From: Selaginella moellendorffii
Lineage: Eukaryota; Plantae; Lycopodiophyta
Assembly: GCF_000143415.4 (NCBI RefSeq)
Contig: NW_003314269.1
Coordinates: 706,401-770,400, forward strand
Length of the DNA: 64,000 bases
Direction: 5' to 3'
Shown: positions 25,139 to 36,949 of the stretch, piece by piece
How positions within the stretch are numbered: the stretch's first letter is position 1
How the letters are laid out: every line of letters starts with the position of its first letter
The notes under the pieces: model-generated
The model's database searches: none
The model's input: only the letters and a program-made list of their open reading frames with translations
What the model was told of the DNA's origin: nothing
Program-made: the position numbers and the translations under genes

Positions 25139-25409
25139 CAACAGCATTTGTTTTACCTACCATTGCCTACAAAAAATGTATGAAAACTATTTATCATCAC
25201 GAACTAGTGTTGAGAGTGGGATTCGTAATCCAGTGCCTCAGCTTTGTTCTTTTTCTTAATCTAAAAGATTGATCCTTTAAACCTTCCACTGCATGAGGTT
25301 GTTAATGTTAAGACATAGAAAACACTAATCTAGAAAACATTAACAACATTGATACATGTGGTAAACTTCATCTAGAAGAAATGTTTTATAAGAAAAAAAT
25401 TACAAACTT

Positions 25410-26728
25410 TTAAGGTGTTGGGGGTGGGTTTGGAATGTTAAACCCCTGAAAAAAGAAGTTGAGGTTGCTGGGTCTTGCAATATTGTAAGATCCATGCCAA
25501 AAATTCTTCATCACAAACCAATAACCAGCTTCAGTGAAATGGTTGCTATCAAAGTATAAATAATCCTTAGGATTGTTGCATACGAACTTAGTGTATTTAT
25601 TTTTGTGATCTGGCTTCCAATCATGTTTATCAGCGTCCCCACAAAATTCTGCTGCATTAAATGGCCCACCACCACAACATGCCTTTTCTGCTTCTTTGAA
25701 ACCTAGATGGACACACACAAATATTAATATGAATATGAATGGAGAGATAATTTGTGTTTCTTACCGTATTTCTGAGGATTCCTTAGCACGTTCAGTATAA
25801 TTGGAGATGGATTTAATGTTGCAATGTTCAAGTCACGATAGTCATTGTGTAACTTCACAGCAAGATTCAAGAGTTTAGTGTTATATGAATCCACAAAAGT
25901 GTTAATGATTCCTATGCAGCCCTCTGGAGTTAAATTGGTATTCCTGCTTTGTGCTGATACTGCTCTCAAGTTAGGAGTACACCCAATTGGTGGTGCTAGC
26001 AGAATTATAATATGCTTAATGCCATAATTGTAAATTTCCTATAAATCAAAAGAGAAATCCAAAGGTTTTGAAGTTAGTGAATGTAATACTCGAGTACCTG
26101 AATAGCACTTGAATATGCTTGTATCATCTCCTGGAACAAGAATGAGCTGGGAACAGCATTAGCAATATCATTAGCTCCCATGCTAAACAATGCCACTGAA
26201 TTGCGCAAGAGCTGGTTCGTAAACTCCACACCCTTCTCTTTTTTGTACTCATTTGTGACGTTGCGAAACTGGCGCAGCTGCTGCTTCATTGAAATAACTC
26301 CCTGATAAAACCCGAAAAGAATGAATCAGAATCAACTATTTCTGAGGGGAATACGAGAGTATACGTACTTGATGGGCATTCGTTTCATCTAACAAGCCTG
26401 CACCGGCAGATGCAAAGTTCACTCCACTGGAAAAGTTGGCACCAGGCTCGAGAAAAGGTGGCAACAATGGAAGGCCCAGTGCTTGAGCCAGGAAATCAGC
26501 AATCGTCCTGCCATCCGTCCAACGCCCTGTTGGCTTGCTGAAGTACGTCTTTCCATATGGCGGAATTGCGCTAACAATCTTGGAGCCCGGGATGTACGTG
26601 TTCTGTCCTCCATCTAACGCTGAGTTCCCAAAAACGAACAGGCCTTGGACTGGAGGATTCGTGCTAGCAGCTTGGGATATCATGATGCATGCAACCAAAA
26701 CAATGACAAGAACTTTGAATGCTTCCAT
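25410..26728 (-). CDS. GDSL esterase/lipase, copy A (block I reads GNSA)
   Basis: Signal peptide; FVFGNSALDGG, TGRWTDGR, GVNFASAGAG, GANDI, PIGCTP, ACCG, YFDSNHFTE; 4 exons. Confidence 0.9.
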
Positions 26729-26857
26729 CTCTCAACTAGAACTTCTATCTTACTTCTACGATTGTGGTATTTTCCGGTTTTATAATATGGAATAGATTTC
26801 CTTGTATGGAATAGCCATATATGGCATGGCCATGTTCGGTAATCCCAATCAACGCTT

Positions 26858-27164
26858 ACCTTAACCAGTACAATCCAAATTAACATCATATAAATTTTGG
26901 CTACATACTTACTCCTCACCTCAGTGTCATATCGCTCAAGAAAAAGCGAAAAAAAGGAGATTTTTCTACACATGATCCACATCCATTCTCACTTATCTTG
27001 AGCTCCCGGTCGCAGTACTCGATCACTCTCTGGAGAACCAAGTCGGCATCGGCGTCGTGCTTCACAGCGACATGGCACGACAGCAAAACTTTGCCGGTGG
27101 TCACGGACCATATGTGGAGCTCGTGAACTCCCAGGACGTCGGGATGGGCGAGCTCGAGGCCGCT
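26858..27164 (-). pseudogene. Duplicated 3' fragment of the MTP zinc-transporter gene
   Basis: Near-identical to ~29663-30004, with small deletions including a 20-bp loss near the C-terminus. Confidence 0.9.
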
Positions 27165-27850
27165 TGTTTCTTCCTCTTCCTTGATTTTCTTTGTTCATCT
27201 CAAGGAAGGGAAGATCCAGCCAACCAAAGAAGAAGAGAACCATTTTTTTCTCATTCAGTTGCTCAAGACATCTTTCAAGTTAGTTCGTTTGCTGGCTCTT
27301 CTTTCCCAAATTTCTTTTTTTCTGAAAGAGCTCTGGATTTGCAGGTGGGTGAATTCACCCTCGTGTGATTTCTGTGCATCCAACACGCATCACATAGGCA
27401 TGGGAGAACCAAGTGCCGAGGATCTCCAGTTTGGAGCCAGCCGTGTAGAGATTCACAGGTGTTTCCAGCTGAAAGTTTCGAGCATCTACAAACGTTTTAA
27501 CTCCTCACCTTGCAGTTGCGAGCTTTGTGGAACAGTCACTCGATTTCCACGCTACAACAGTCCCGCAAAGGTAAAGTTGACTGGTTCCACTCGCTTGAAT
27601 GCTGCCACTGATTTTATAGTATCAACTTTCTATTGTCAAATGAAGCTCATGGAGACACAATGCGGTCGCTGTGGAGAGTGGGCCAATTGTTTTACGTTCT
27701 ATTGCGTTGCGCTAGGCTACAATGCTCGTCTGGTAACGCCGTGGTCATAGAATCTGTTGGCTCTAATTCGCAGCCATAAGAGAGACTGTAAAAACGTCGA
27801 GGCTCCAGCTTTCCTCCATAGACTTTTACCTTCACAATTAACAACAGCAT
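27165..27850 (+). pseudogene. Duplicated internal fragment of PNG1 fused to the PNG1 last exon
   Basis: 27165-27760 matches ~22831-23431 (9-nt deletion removes HWF), then jumps to the equivalent of 25058. Confidence 0.9.
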
Positions 27851-28111
27851 TTGTTTTACCTACCATTGCCTACAAAAAATGTATGAAAACTATTTATCAT
27901 CACGAACTAGTGTTGAGAGTGGGATTCGTAATCCAGTGCCTCAGCTTTGTTCTTTTTCTTATCTAAAATATTGATCCTTTCAACCTTCCACTGCATGAGG
28001 TTGTTAATGTTAAGGCCTAGAAAACACTAATCTAGAAAACATTAACAACATTGATACATGTGATAAACTTCATCTAGAAGAAATATTTTATAAGAAAAAA
28101 ATTACAAACTT

Positions 28112-29430
28112 TTAAGGCGTTGGGGGTGGGTTTGGAATGTTAAACCCCTGAAAAAAGAAGTTGAGGTTGCTGGGTCTTGCAATATTGTAAGATCCATGCC
28201 AAAAATTCTTCATCACAAACCAATAACCAGCTTCAGTGAAATGGTTGCTATCAAAGTATAAATAATCCTCAGGATTGTTGCATATGAACTTAGTGTATTT
28301 ATTTTTGTGATCTGGCTTCCAATCATGTTTATCAGCGTCCCCACAAAATTCTGCTGCATTAAATGGCCCACCACCACAACATGCCTTTTCTGCTTCTTTG
28401 AAACCTAGATGGACACACACAAATATTAATATGAATATGAATGGAGAGATAATTTGTGTTTCTTACCGTATTTCTGAGGATTCCTTAGCACGTTCAGTAT
28501 AATTGGAGATGGATTTAATGTTGCAATGTTCAAGTCACGATAGTCATTGTGTAACTTCACAGCAAGATTCAAGAGTTTAGTGTTATATGAATCCACAAAA
28601 GTGTTAATGATTCCTATGCAGCCCTCTGGAGTTAAATTGGTATTCCTGCTTTGTGCTGATACTGCTCTCAAGTTAGGAGTACACCCAATTGGTGGTGCTA
28701 GCAGAATTATGATATGCTTAATGCCATAATTGTAAATTTCCTATAAATCAAAAGAGACATCCAAAGGTTTTGAAGTTAGTGAATGTAATACTCGAGTACC
28801 TGAATAGCACTTGAATATGCTTGTATCATCTCCTGGAACAAGAATGAGCTGGGAACAGCATTAGCAATATCATTAGCTCCCATGCTAAACAATGCCACTG
28901 AATTGCGCAAGAGCTGGTTCGTAAACTCCACACCCTTCTCTTTTTTGTACTCATTTGTGACGTTGCGAAACTGGCGCAGCTGCTGCTTCATTGAAATAAC
29001 TCCCTGATAAAACCCAAAAAGAATGAATCAAAATCAACTATTTCTGAGGGGAATACGAGAGTATACGTACTTGATGGGCATTCGTTTCATCTAACAAGCC
29101 TGCACCGGCAGATGCAAAGTTCACTCCACTGGAAAAGTTGGCGCCAGGCTCGAGAAAAGGTGGCAACAATGGAAGGCCTAGTGCTTGAGCCAGGAAATCA
29201 GCAATCGTTCTACCATCCGTCCAACGCCCTGTTGGCTTGCTGAAGTACGTCTTTCCATACGGCGGAATTGCGCTAACAATCTTGGAGCCCGGGATGTACG
29301 TGTTCTGTCCTCCATCTAACGCTGAGTCCCCAAAAACAAACAGGCCTTGTACTGGAGGATTTGTGCTAGCAGCTTGGGATATCGAGATGCATGCAACCAA
29401 AACAATGGCAAGAACCCAGAATGCTTCCAT
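28112..29430 (-). CDS. GDSL esterase/lipase, copy B (block I reads GDSA)
   Basis: Near-identical paralog of 25410-26728 with the same exon structure; FVFGDSALDGG. Confidence 0.9.
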
Positions 29431-29784
29431 CTCTCAGCTAGAAATTCTATCTTACTTCTATGATTGTGGTATTCTCCGGTTTTATAATATGGAATAAATT
29501 TCCTTGTATGGAATAGCCATGTATGGCATGGCCATGTTCGGTAAAAATCATTATATGTTTTGTTTAGCACAATGGTTTCAAGAATATGCTAGTACAACCA
29601 GTAACCCAAAATGTTATTCTAAAGAGAGTTTCAAGGTAACTTTGCTATCGCTTATTATAACCACCTTAGCCAGCACAATCCAAATTAACATCATATAAAT
29701 CTTGGCTTCTTAGTAGTCATGCATTTCTTACTCCTCACCTCAGTGTCATATCGCTCAAGAAAAAGCGAAAAAAAGGAGATTTTT

Positions 29785-30942
29785 CTACACATGATCCACA
29801 TCCATTCTCTCGATTTGCACCGTGACATGACTTGTCTTGAGCTCCCGGTAGCAGTACTCGACCACTCTCTGGAGAACCAAGTCGGCATCGGCGTCGTGCT
29901 TCACAGCGACATGGCACGACAGCAAAACTTTGCCCGTGGTCACGGACCATATGTGGAGCTCGTGAACTCCCAGGACGTCGGGATGGGCGAGCTCGAGGCC
30001 GCTTTGCACTGCCTCGGCCTGGATCCCTCGAGGGGAGCTCTCCATGAGGATCTCCACCACGTCTCTCAGCAGCCTCAGCGTCGTCCACAGCACCACCAGA
30101 GAGAAAACCAGCGTGCAAACCACGTCCACGTACCGGAGCCGGGGATACCGCCAGATGATAGCTCCGCCAACGAGAACTCCCACGCTCTGGATCATGTCTC
30201 CCAGGATATGGAGATAAGCTCCTCTCAAGTTTAGATTGCTGTGCGGCGTAGAAGACTCCTCCTCCTCCTCCTCTATCACCACCACTTTTTCCAGATCGCC
30301 CAAGTGTGCCTTCTCGGTTGTGTCCGAGGACTCAAGAGATCCGCCTTCCTGCTTGTAACTCTCGCCGGAGAGCGAACTACGGTGGCAGTGACCGTCGCTG
30401 TGACGATGGTGGTGACTTTCACCGTGGCCGAGAATGAAGACCATGACCAAGTTGGCGAAGAAACCTACAGCGGCTATCGCAAACATGAGCCTCCCATCGA
30501 TCGGCGCGAGCTCGTGGACGAGCCTGAAAACCGCCTCGTAAACCAGGAATCCAGTGACGATCCAAATGATAAGAATGGACAAGAGCGCACCTAAAGTCTC
30601 GAGCCGGTGGAAGCCGTAAGAGCAGCGCGCCGTCGCCTTCCACCCGGAGGCCCAGATCGCGAAGATGGAAACTCCAAAGCTGGCAACGTCGGAGAGCAAG
30701 TGTGCCGCGTCGGCCAGAATCGCTAAGCTGTTGGCCATGAATCCTCCAATCACTTCCACCACCATGAGAGCCAAGCAAAACGCCATCGCCAGCCACAGCC
30801 GCCTGGAAACGCTGCCCCGCTTTCTCTTCTTCTCCTTCGTCTCGCAATGCTCTTCTTCATGATCGCACGACGACGATCTCTCAGAAAGCGCGCAGCTCGC
30901 GACGTTGCTACAAACCAATCTTTTCTTCCTCGTGAATTCCAT
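29785..30942 (-). CDS. MTP1: Cation diffusion facilitator / metal tolerance protein (Zn, group 1), intronless
   Basis: SLAILADAAHLLSD, SYGFHRLETLGAL, His-rich loop HGESHHHRHSDGHCH, NLRGAYLHILGD, HELHIW, HVTVQIE; first in-frame ATG at 30942. Confidence 0.9.
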   Translation of the reverse strand: MEFTRKKRLVCSNVASCALSERSSSCDHEEEHCETKEKKRKRGSVSRRLWLAMAFCLALMVVEVIGGFMANSLAILADAAHLLSDVASFGVSIFAIWASGWKATARCSYGFHRLETLGALLSILIIWIVTGFLVYEAVFRLVHELAPIDGRLMFAIAAVGFFANLVMVFILGHGESHHHRHSDGHCHRSSLSGESYKQEGGSLESSDTTEKAHLGDLEKVVVIEEEEEESSTPHSNLNLRGAYLHILGDMIQSVGVLVGGAIIWRYPRLRYVDVVCTLVFSLVVLWTTLRLLRDVVEILMESSPRGIQAEAVQSGLELAHPDVLGVHELHIWSVTTGKVLLSCHVAVKHDADADLVLQRVVEYCYRELKTSHVTVQIERMDVDHV

Positions 30943-31379
30943 CGCGGGAGGAGATGGTTGCTTCTTGAGATCCTCGAGATTGTGACAACTGGAGAGGAGA
31001 ACCAAGAATGTGAGAGCGCAAATCTCTTGATCAAGATTCTACCTCTCTAAGAAGCTGCAATCGTCCGCATTCTCGACGCCACAGCGAGAATGGATCAGAG
31101 GTTGCACCTCGCGCTCCATTCCCTCCAAGAATCGCGAATTCGCGGATCTTCCCGACCTAATCGCCCCGCGAGGCGCTCGTAACGGGACGAAACGTACCAG
31201 GATTCACGCTGAGCCCGCCGGCGCCACGCCTTCCACACGGACCACGCCGTCCAAGCAGGGGAACGAATAACCCGCCCTTACCTAAAACTTTAACTCTATA
31301 GAGATTTATACCAGAATATGCCTTGCACAGAGGCGAATTATTCCTTTTGTGCGTTTCACTCAAGAACCGTTTGTTTGTT

Positions 31380-32354
31380 CTATGTCTTCTTCCAAGCCGC
31401 GATCCAGGCTTCCAGGCCCGCCACTGAGATCTCTCCCGCGAACTTGGGCTTCTCGGCCTTGATCTTCTTCACAATCTCTTCATAGCAATCCACAGCCGAG
31501 ACGGCAGCATCCGGCAGCTCAATCCCGCGAACGAAATCGATGATCTCCGGATCCGCGAGCTCGGTGGTCTCTTCCTCCTTTTCCTGGCCGCGAGAAGCCA
31601 CGTATGGGATCCCGGACTTCACCCCAACTCGCAGATGGTCACAGATCCTCTTGGCGCAGAGCCCCGCCCAGAGATCTCCACTGCCCAGGAACATGGCCGC
31701 CCCGACGAGCTCGCGATCAAAAGCCACATTGATGCATCGCATCGCGAAGAACACGTCCCTGGGCACAGTGAGCACCAGATCCGCGGGCTTCTTGGCCGGA
31801 TCCAGCCACAGCCCGTGCGAGATCGCGGTGGGAACCCCCGTCCGGAGGCTGAAAGGGTATCCCCGGACGAAGTCCGCGCCGGGCCGGAAGGGATCGTAGA
31901 GCGTGTTGAAGAAGAAGGGCGTGGAGGGCGATCGCAGATTCGTGAGGTGCTGCTGGAATGGATCGATGGCGTCGCCGGTGGCCGGATCTGTGGCAGGAGC
32001 CGCGGAGCTGAGATCCAAGAAGGCGAGGTACCTTCGAGTGGAGGCGAGGAGGGCGAAAGCGCGCGCCGCGGCTAGGGCCGAGCGGTCCTTGGCGCCCAAG
32101 AGATTGCATCGCTCCAGCTCGCAATTGGCGTCGGCGGTGGAGTAGAGGGCGAAATCCAGGCCATGGAGGTGCTGCTGGATCTCTTCCTCCTCCTCGTCGA
32201 TCACAATGAGGAGATGGTAAGGTTTTAGAATGGAGCGCCACGAAGCGAGCGAAGATCCCAGACCTTTGGAGACGAGGATGACAATGTCGAGATCCTTGGC
32301 GCCCGAATCCGCCGCTGCCGAGGACGCGAGAGGAGGAGGCTGGATAGCGTCCAT
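31380..32354 (-). CDS. Divergent reversibly glycosylated polypeptide (RGP / UDP-arabinopyranose mutase family), intronless
   Basis: HLTNLRSPSTPFFFNTLYDPFRPGADFVRGYPFSLRTGVPTAISHGLW, NVAFDRELVG, KRICDHLRVGVKSGIPY. Confidence 0.88.
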   Translation of the reverse strand: MDAIQPPPLASSAAADSGAKDLDIVILVSKGLGSSLASWRSILKPYHLLIVIDEEEEEIQQHLHGLDFALYSTADANCELERCNLLGAKDRSALAAARAFALLASTRRYLAFLDLSSAAPATDPATGDAIDPFQQHLTNLRSPSTPFFFNTLYDPFRPGADFVRGYPFSLRTGVPTAISHGLWLDPAKKPADLVLTVPRDVFFAMRCINVAFDRELVGAAMFLGSGDLWAGLCAKRICDHLRVGVKSGIPYVASRGQEKEEETTELADPEIIDFVRGIELPDAAVSAVDCYEEIVKKIKAEKPKFAGEISVAGLEAWIAAWKKT

Positions 32355-32494
32355 GGCAAACGAATATGCCCTAGAATCTCTCTAGAGTGGAGTTTTCATG
32401 GACTTCACGTCGCGCGCGTTCGATTCCCCATGTCTTTGGAAAATGGAGTCACCACTTTAGAGCTTGGAAGAATCAAAACAGTGACTCACTCGCG

Positions 32495-32497
<3 letters not shown>

Positions 32498-32526
<29 letters not shown>
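32498..32526. repeat. (GA)n microsatellite
   Basis: Direct reading. Confidence 0.9.
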
Positions 32527-32530
<4 letters not shown>

Positions 32531-33521
32531 CAATTCTTTTCAATTGGACTGGTTCCACGAGCGATCGATCTGGGACAAAAGAAAACCAATAGTCTAGATG
32601 GAGCTTTTGAGCTCCGAATCAATAAAATGGTAAAGAAATCACGCACTTACCAAAAAGTTTAAGAGCACCTACTAATCGTTGATTTTCGAAAGCGTAGAAG
32701 TCTGTCCAAGTCGTGGTTGCTCGGAGTTCCAACTTCCATCTACAAAGAGGAACAGCTTTCAGATGAAATCTTTCTTGCAACATTTATTTACTTACCGTGA
32801 AAGAAGTGGAATCGCAAGCTCGAGCTCTAGAGTTCAAGAGGTTCCTTCCTGGTAAGATGCAAGTAAGGAGGCGAGATCACTATGAGTAACTTACACTCGT
32901 ATCACTGCGCGAGCCGTGCAGGAAAATCTCTGTTCGGGAAGAAACCAAACAGAGGATTCACGCTTCTCTGCCACACGCGTTTTCAGCGCGCTTCTCCATT
33001 GTCAGACTAGAACTTTGACAAGCATACCTTCATGCTTGGTGAGAACTTCTCAAAGTAAAACTCTCGATTCCAATCAAGCAAACCCCTTGCAGTTCAAAAG
33101 AAAATTGCTGCATTGCAATCAATACTGAATTGCTTCGATCGGTAATAAGGTATAGTCGGACTTGAAATCTCGATTCCTTTCAGCTCGATCTCTTTTCCTG
33201 ACCAAGTGAAACCTGATACTACTTATCCTCGATTGGCGAATAGATGTTCTTCGTGTACCTGACCGAGGCTTGCCAGCGCCGGCATTCTTGTCGACTGGCG
33301 TGACCACAGGGATTACCGTCGCCATCGCCATCGCGATTCCAAGAGTGAGCTCCCAAATCACGAAACCCTAGCTCCAAGCAAACGAATAAACGAAGATAAA
33401 AGTACCCGTTGGCGGTAAAAGGCAGTTGAAACAGAAGCGTCACTTGACGGGCAGGCATCGCGCCGAGCTCGTCAAATAAATAAGCACGAAGAACCCTAGT
33501 TTTTTTCCTCCATCGCAAGAA

Positions 33522-34702
33522 ATGGCGACCAAGGTCATCAAGGCGTTCTTAATGGGATCCATCTTTCGCAGGTACGCGCAGCGATATCGCGCTTCGCGAA
33601 TTGGAAGCCTATAAAATTCCATCGTATCAGGTGGTCGAAATCTTCGAAATGCGGTGGCAACAAGACACAGATCGAGGATCACAGAGATTCCGCCGCGACA
33701 AGCGATGACAATTCCGAGCCGCTTCCAAGCGAATCGGGCACGGCGTGTGTGTATTGGGGGCAACTCCCGGATGGAACTCAGGTATCTCTTTCTTGTTCTT
33801 GGCGAAAGGAAAGATCTCCAGCAGCAAACTCTTTCCAGATTGCCGTGAAGCGATTGAGGAGTGGCAGCAGCTTAAACTCGGACAAAGAATTCGCGGAAGA
33901 AGCAGGCAAGATGGGAAAGATGCTCCACAAAAATGTGATGCGTCTGCGAGGATACTGCGTCGAGCGAGACGAGAGAATCCTCGTCTATAGCTACATGCCC
34001 AACTCCAGCCTTCTCGCGCATCTTCATGGCGCATTCTCCTACGACAATCTCTTGGATTGGAGGAAGAGAGTGAGAATCGCTCTTGGCTGTGCCGAGGGCC
34101 TCGCGTAAGTTCCAGTTCTTCGAATGCTTTGAGAAGTTCTCACTCCAGTTCGTCAAATGCTTTGAGAAGTTCTCACTCTTTCGTTTCTTCTTCCTTGCAG
34201 ATACTTGCATCACTCCGCCAATCCTCCAATGATCCACGGCAACATCAAAGCTAGCAACATCCTCCTCACTGACGACTTCCAGCCGCTCTACACGGACTAC
34301 GGCATCGCGGCGCTGATGAAGAAGCCGGCTCTCAAAGTCAAGGTGGCGCTCGGCTACACGGCGCCCGAGTGCTCCAGCGGCGAGGCCGCGACGCTGCAGA
34401 GCGACGTGTTTAGCTTCGGGATCCTGCTGCTGGAGCTCATCAGCGGGCGGCGGCCGACGGAGAAAGTGGAATTCAGCATGAAGCAGCACATCGTCGACTG
34501 GGCGGAGCCGCTCATCCTCGAGGGGAAGCTGGACTGCCTCGTCGATCCAAAGCTCCAGGGGCGATTCGTGCCGGAGGAGCTCAAGAAACTCGTCTTCGCG
34601 GCGACGATATGCGCGCAAACGAGCAGCCATAGCCGGCCGAGCATGGCGCGCGTTGTGGAGCTCCTCCAAGGAGTGGAAAAAAACGAAGTGGCTAGCGTCT
34701 AA
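33522..34702 (+). CDS. Receptor-like cytoplasmic kinase (PTI1-like / RLCK), probable pseudokinase
   Basis: VYWGQLPDGTQ|IAVKRL, HKNVMRLRGYC, LDWRKRVRIALGCAEGLA|YLHH, HGNIKASNILL, DYG, LGYTAPE, SDVFSFGILLLELISGRRP. Confidence 0.88.
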
Positions 34703-35234
34703 GCACCAGATTATTCCTTTCTGGCAGAATATGCGCTTGGCGGAATTTGTAAAGTATTTTACCGGAAAATCCCCTTTTTCTGGCAGAATATGCGCTGTGA
34801 AATATATATTTTTTCTGTTAAGCTAACGGTCTGTGGTTCGAATCTCCGGAGCGCCATGGAGCGCTGTTCAATCCATCCCCGTGTTCTTGAGGGCTTGAGC
34901 GGGGCGGTCGGCGTGACGCGGCAGGCGATGGCGGCGCCGCGCGGCTCCGCGTGAGGATCGGCGTCGGGAGCGTCGGATTACTCGGCCGCGGCCTGGAATC
35001 CGCGAGGTATCGTGACGCTGTGTAGATCGGGCATGGGAGCTACGGTGTCGGCGAATGCACATCTTGAGCTGCTGGAGTGGAGATTCTCGGCGAGCATCGA
35101 TCGCCAGGCGCCAGCGGGCGACTTTCTTGGCGGGCATGCATAGGTTTTCCATCCAGGCATTGAAATTTCGGGTGGAGATGTGGCAGTTCCCAGGAATCTA
35201 GGAGGAATTTCCTGTTTCTCTTGACGGGGAGGGA

Positions 35235-36756
35235 ATGGGGTCTGTTTGCTGCGTGCCAGCGAGAAAGCAGTCTGGGGGCCAGGAGCGCTGGCCGGCGGAT
35301 CCCGCGCACTGGCGCTCAAATGGGGATTTGTCGCCGCGCTGGGATGGAAAGTCGTTTCCAGAGGCCACTGGGAATCTCTACAGGTCTTCTCTCTCGTCCA
35401 GCAGCAGGGGCAGCCGGCGTGGAAGCTCTCGTATCGTGGGTCACCAACGAGCATTCTCGGGTGGGATTTTTTCGCCGGATCCCAGCCCATCCAGCAGCTT
35501 TCGGGCCTCGCATCTCAATCCTTTGAGCTCCTGTCAAGTGTGCCCCTTGGTAGATCTGGCTCCTCTTCCACTAGGTGAGTGTCAGTCTTGGGTCAATTTT
35601 TTTCTTCATCGTACTGGTAATAATTTTGGAGTCTTGTTGCAGATTCGAGCTGTAGTCCATGTACGACGATCACATCTTCAAAAGAGGTATGCCGTGCCTG
35701 TTTTGATCACTCTTCTCTAATTTGCTTCTCAAAACGTTTGCATGGTTTGCTTTCCAGGGTACTTTTAACACCCCGGAGTCGCGTTCATCACTGACCTTGA
35801 TTTCTAAAGACTGTCCAACGCAACCTTCGATTAAGCCGGTCGTGCACAACAGCGGCGGCAGTAGCAGCAGCAGCAGCAACAGCAGTTTTGTATCCAAGTT
35901 CTCCAAGACACTTCGGGAGAAGCCGCACAAATGCGGGCTGACAAACGTAGGCAGTAGCAGAGCTAACGAAGGAGCCTTCTCCTCCACAAGAAGATCCGAG
36001 AGCGGGGACGTTGAATCGCTCGGCGGGACAACCTCCGACTGGTCGATGGTCGCTTTCTCGGAGCTAGTCGCATCTTCTCGACGGGACAGGCTGCGGTGGA
36101 TGAGTGACGGCAGTGGCGAGGACTTGGTTGGATTAGCAGAGCTCGAGCTGGCCGCACTGGAGAGGATAAAAGCCGCTGGCTATGCGTCGACCAGCGTCGA
36201 GGCGTTCGTCTGTGGCCTTTGCTCCCGCTGGCTGTCACAGAGGTCTCCGCTGAGCTCTCACAAGATGGTGGGAAACTTGGATCCGCCGAGTGTGGGAGTG
36301 CTGGCCTGCGGTCACGTCTTTCATGCCGACTGCTTGGAGCAGGCAACGTCCGAGTCCGAGAGACAGGATCCTCCGTGTCCGCAATGCTTGGGTGGTGGCA
36401 ATCTATTCCCGAGGAGGCTGCTCAAGAGCTACAGCTTGCGTGGATCGACGACGACGACGCCGGTTTGCGCTAAGAACAAGCAGCTTTCCGATGACCCGGA
36501 GTCTGGACTGAGGATCTTCTCGTCTGCGTCGCAAGAGAGGGACATGCTGCCAATCTCCGAAAGAAGTTTGAAGACTTCCTCTCGCAAGTTTTCGCTTCGA
36601 GGGATCGGGGGCAGCAGCAAGCAGGCGAGCAGCGCCAGCAGCAGCAGCAGCAGCAGCACCAGCTACGCGAGTGGCTCCAGAGGCACGAAGTTTAGCTCGG
36701 TCTCTCCGGAGGATTCGCCAACGAGTCGGCGGCGGCGAGGATACTTGAAGTGGTAG
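35235..36756 (+). CDS. RING-type zinc-finger protein (plant family with MGxxCC N-terminus)
   Basis: MGSVCCVPAR; CGLCSRWL...VGVLACGHVFHADCLEQAT...DPPCPQC; internal GT-AG introns ~35574-35757. Confidence 0.82.
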
Positions 36757-36949
36757 CGATAGAACGCAGGAAAATTTTGGTTGGAGACCATGGAGGAGGC
36801 TGGAATTGCTTGCTTTGCGGTCGTGATAACATGTCTCATGTCTTTCTTTCAGTCTAGCTCTTTTTGGGAATTTTACTGAAGTTACAGGGTTTAGGGTTCC
36901 TGGTAGAATGCAGCGATGAGGAGGGAGTGAAGAAATTTTGGGCGGAGAG

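Noticed and set aside
31150-31320. GC-rich stretch containing GGACGAAAC (hammerhead-like) and a minus-strand TATA; considered as ribozyme, snRNA or telomerase RNA
   Set aside because: No CUGANGA core, no USE element, and no template or Sm site seen; more simply the MTP promoter/leader
34815-34856. tRNA-Asn-like 3' half (CTGTTAA...GGTTCGAATC...CCA)
   Set aside because: No 5' half or D-arm and the T-stem pairs poorly; at most a relic or a chance B-box
34928-35143. Possible uORFs upstream of the RING gene (MAAPRGSA*, MGATVSAN...)
   Set aside because: Transcription start is unknown and there is no evidence of conservation
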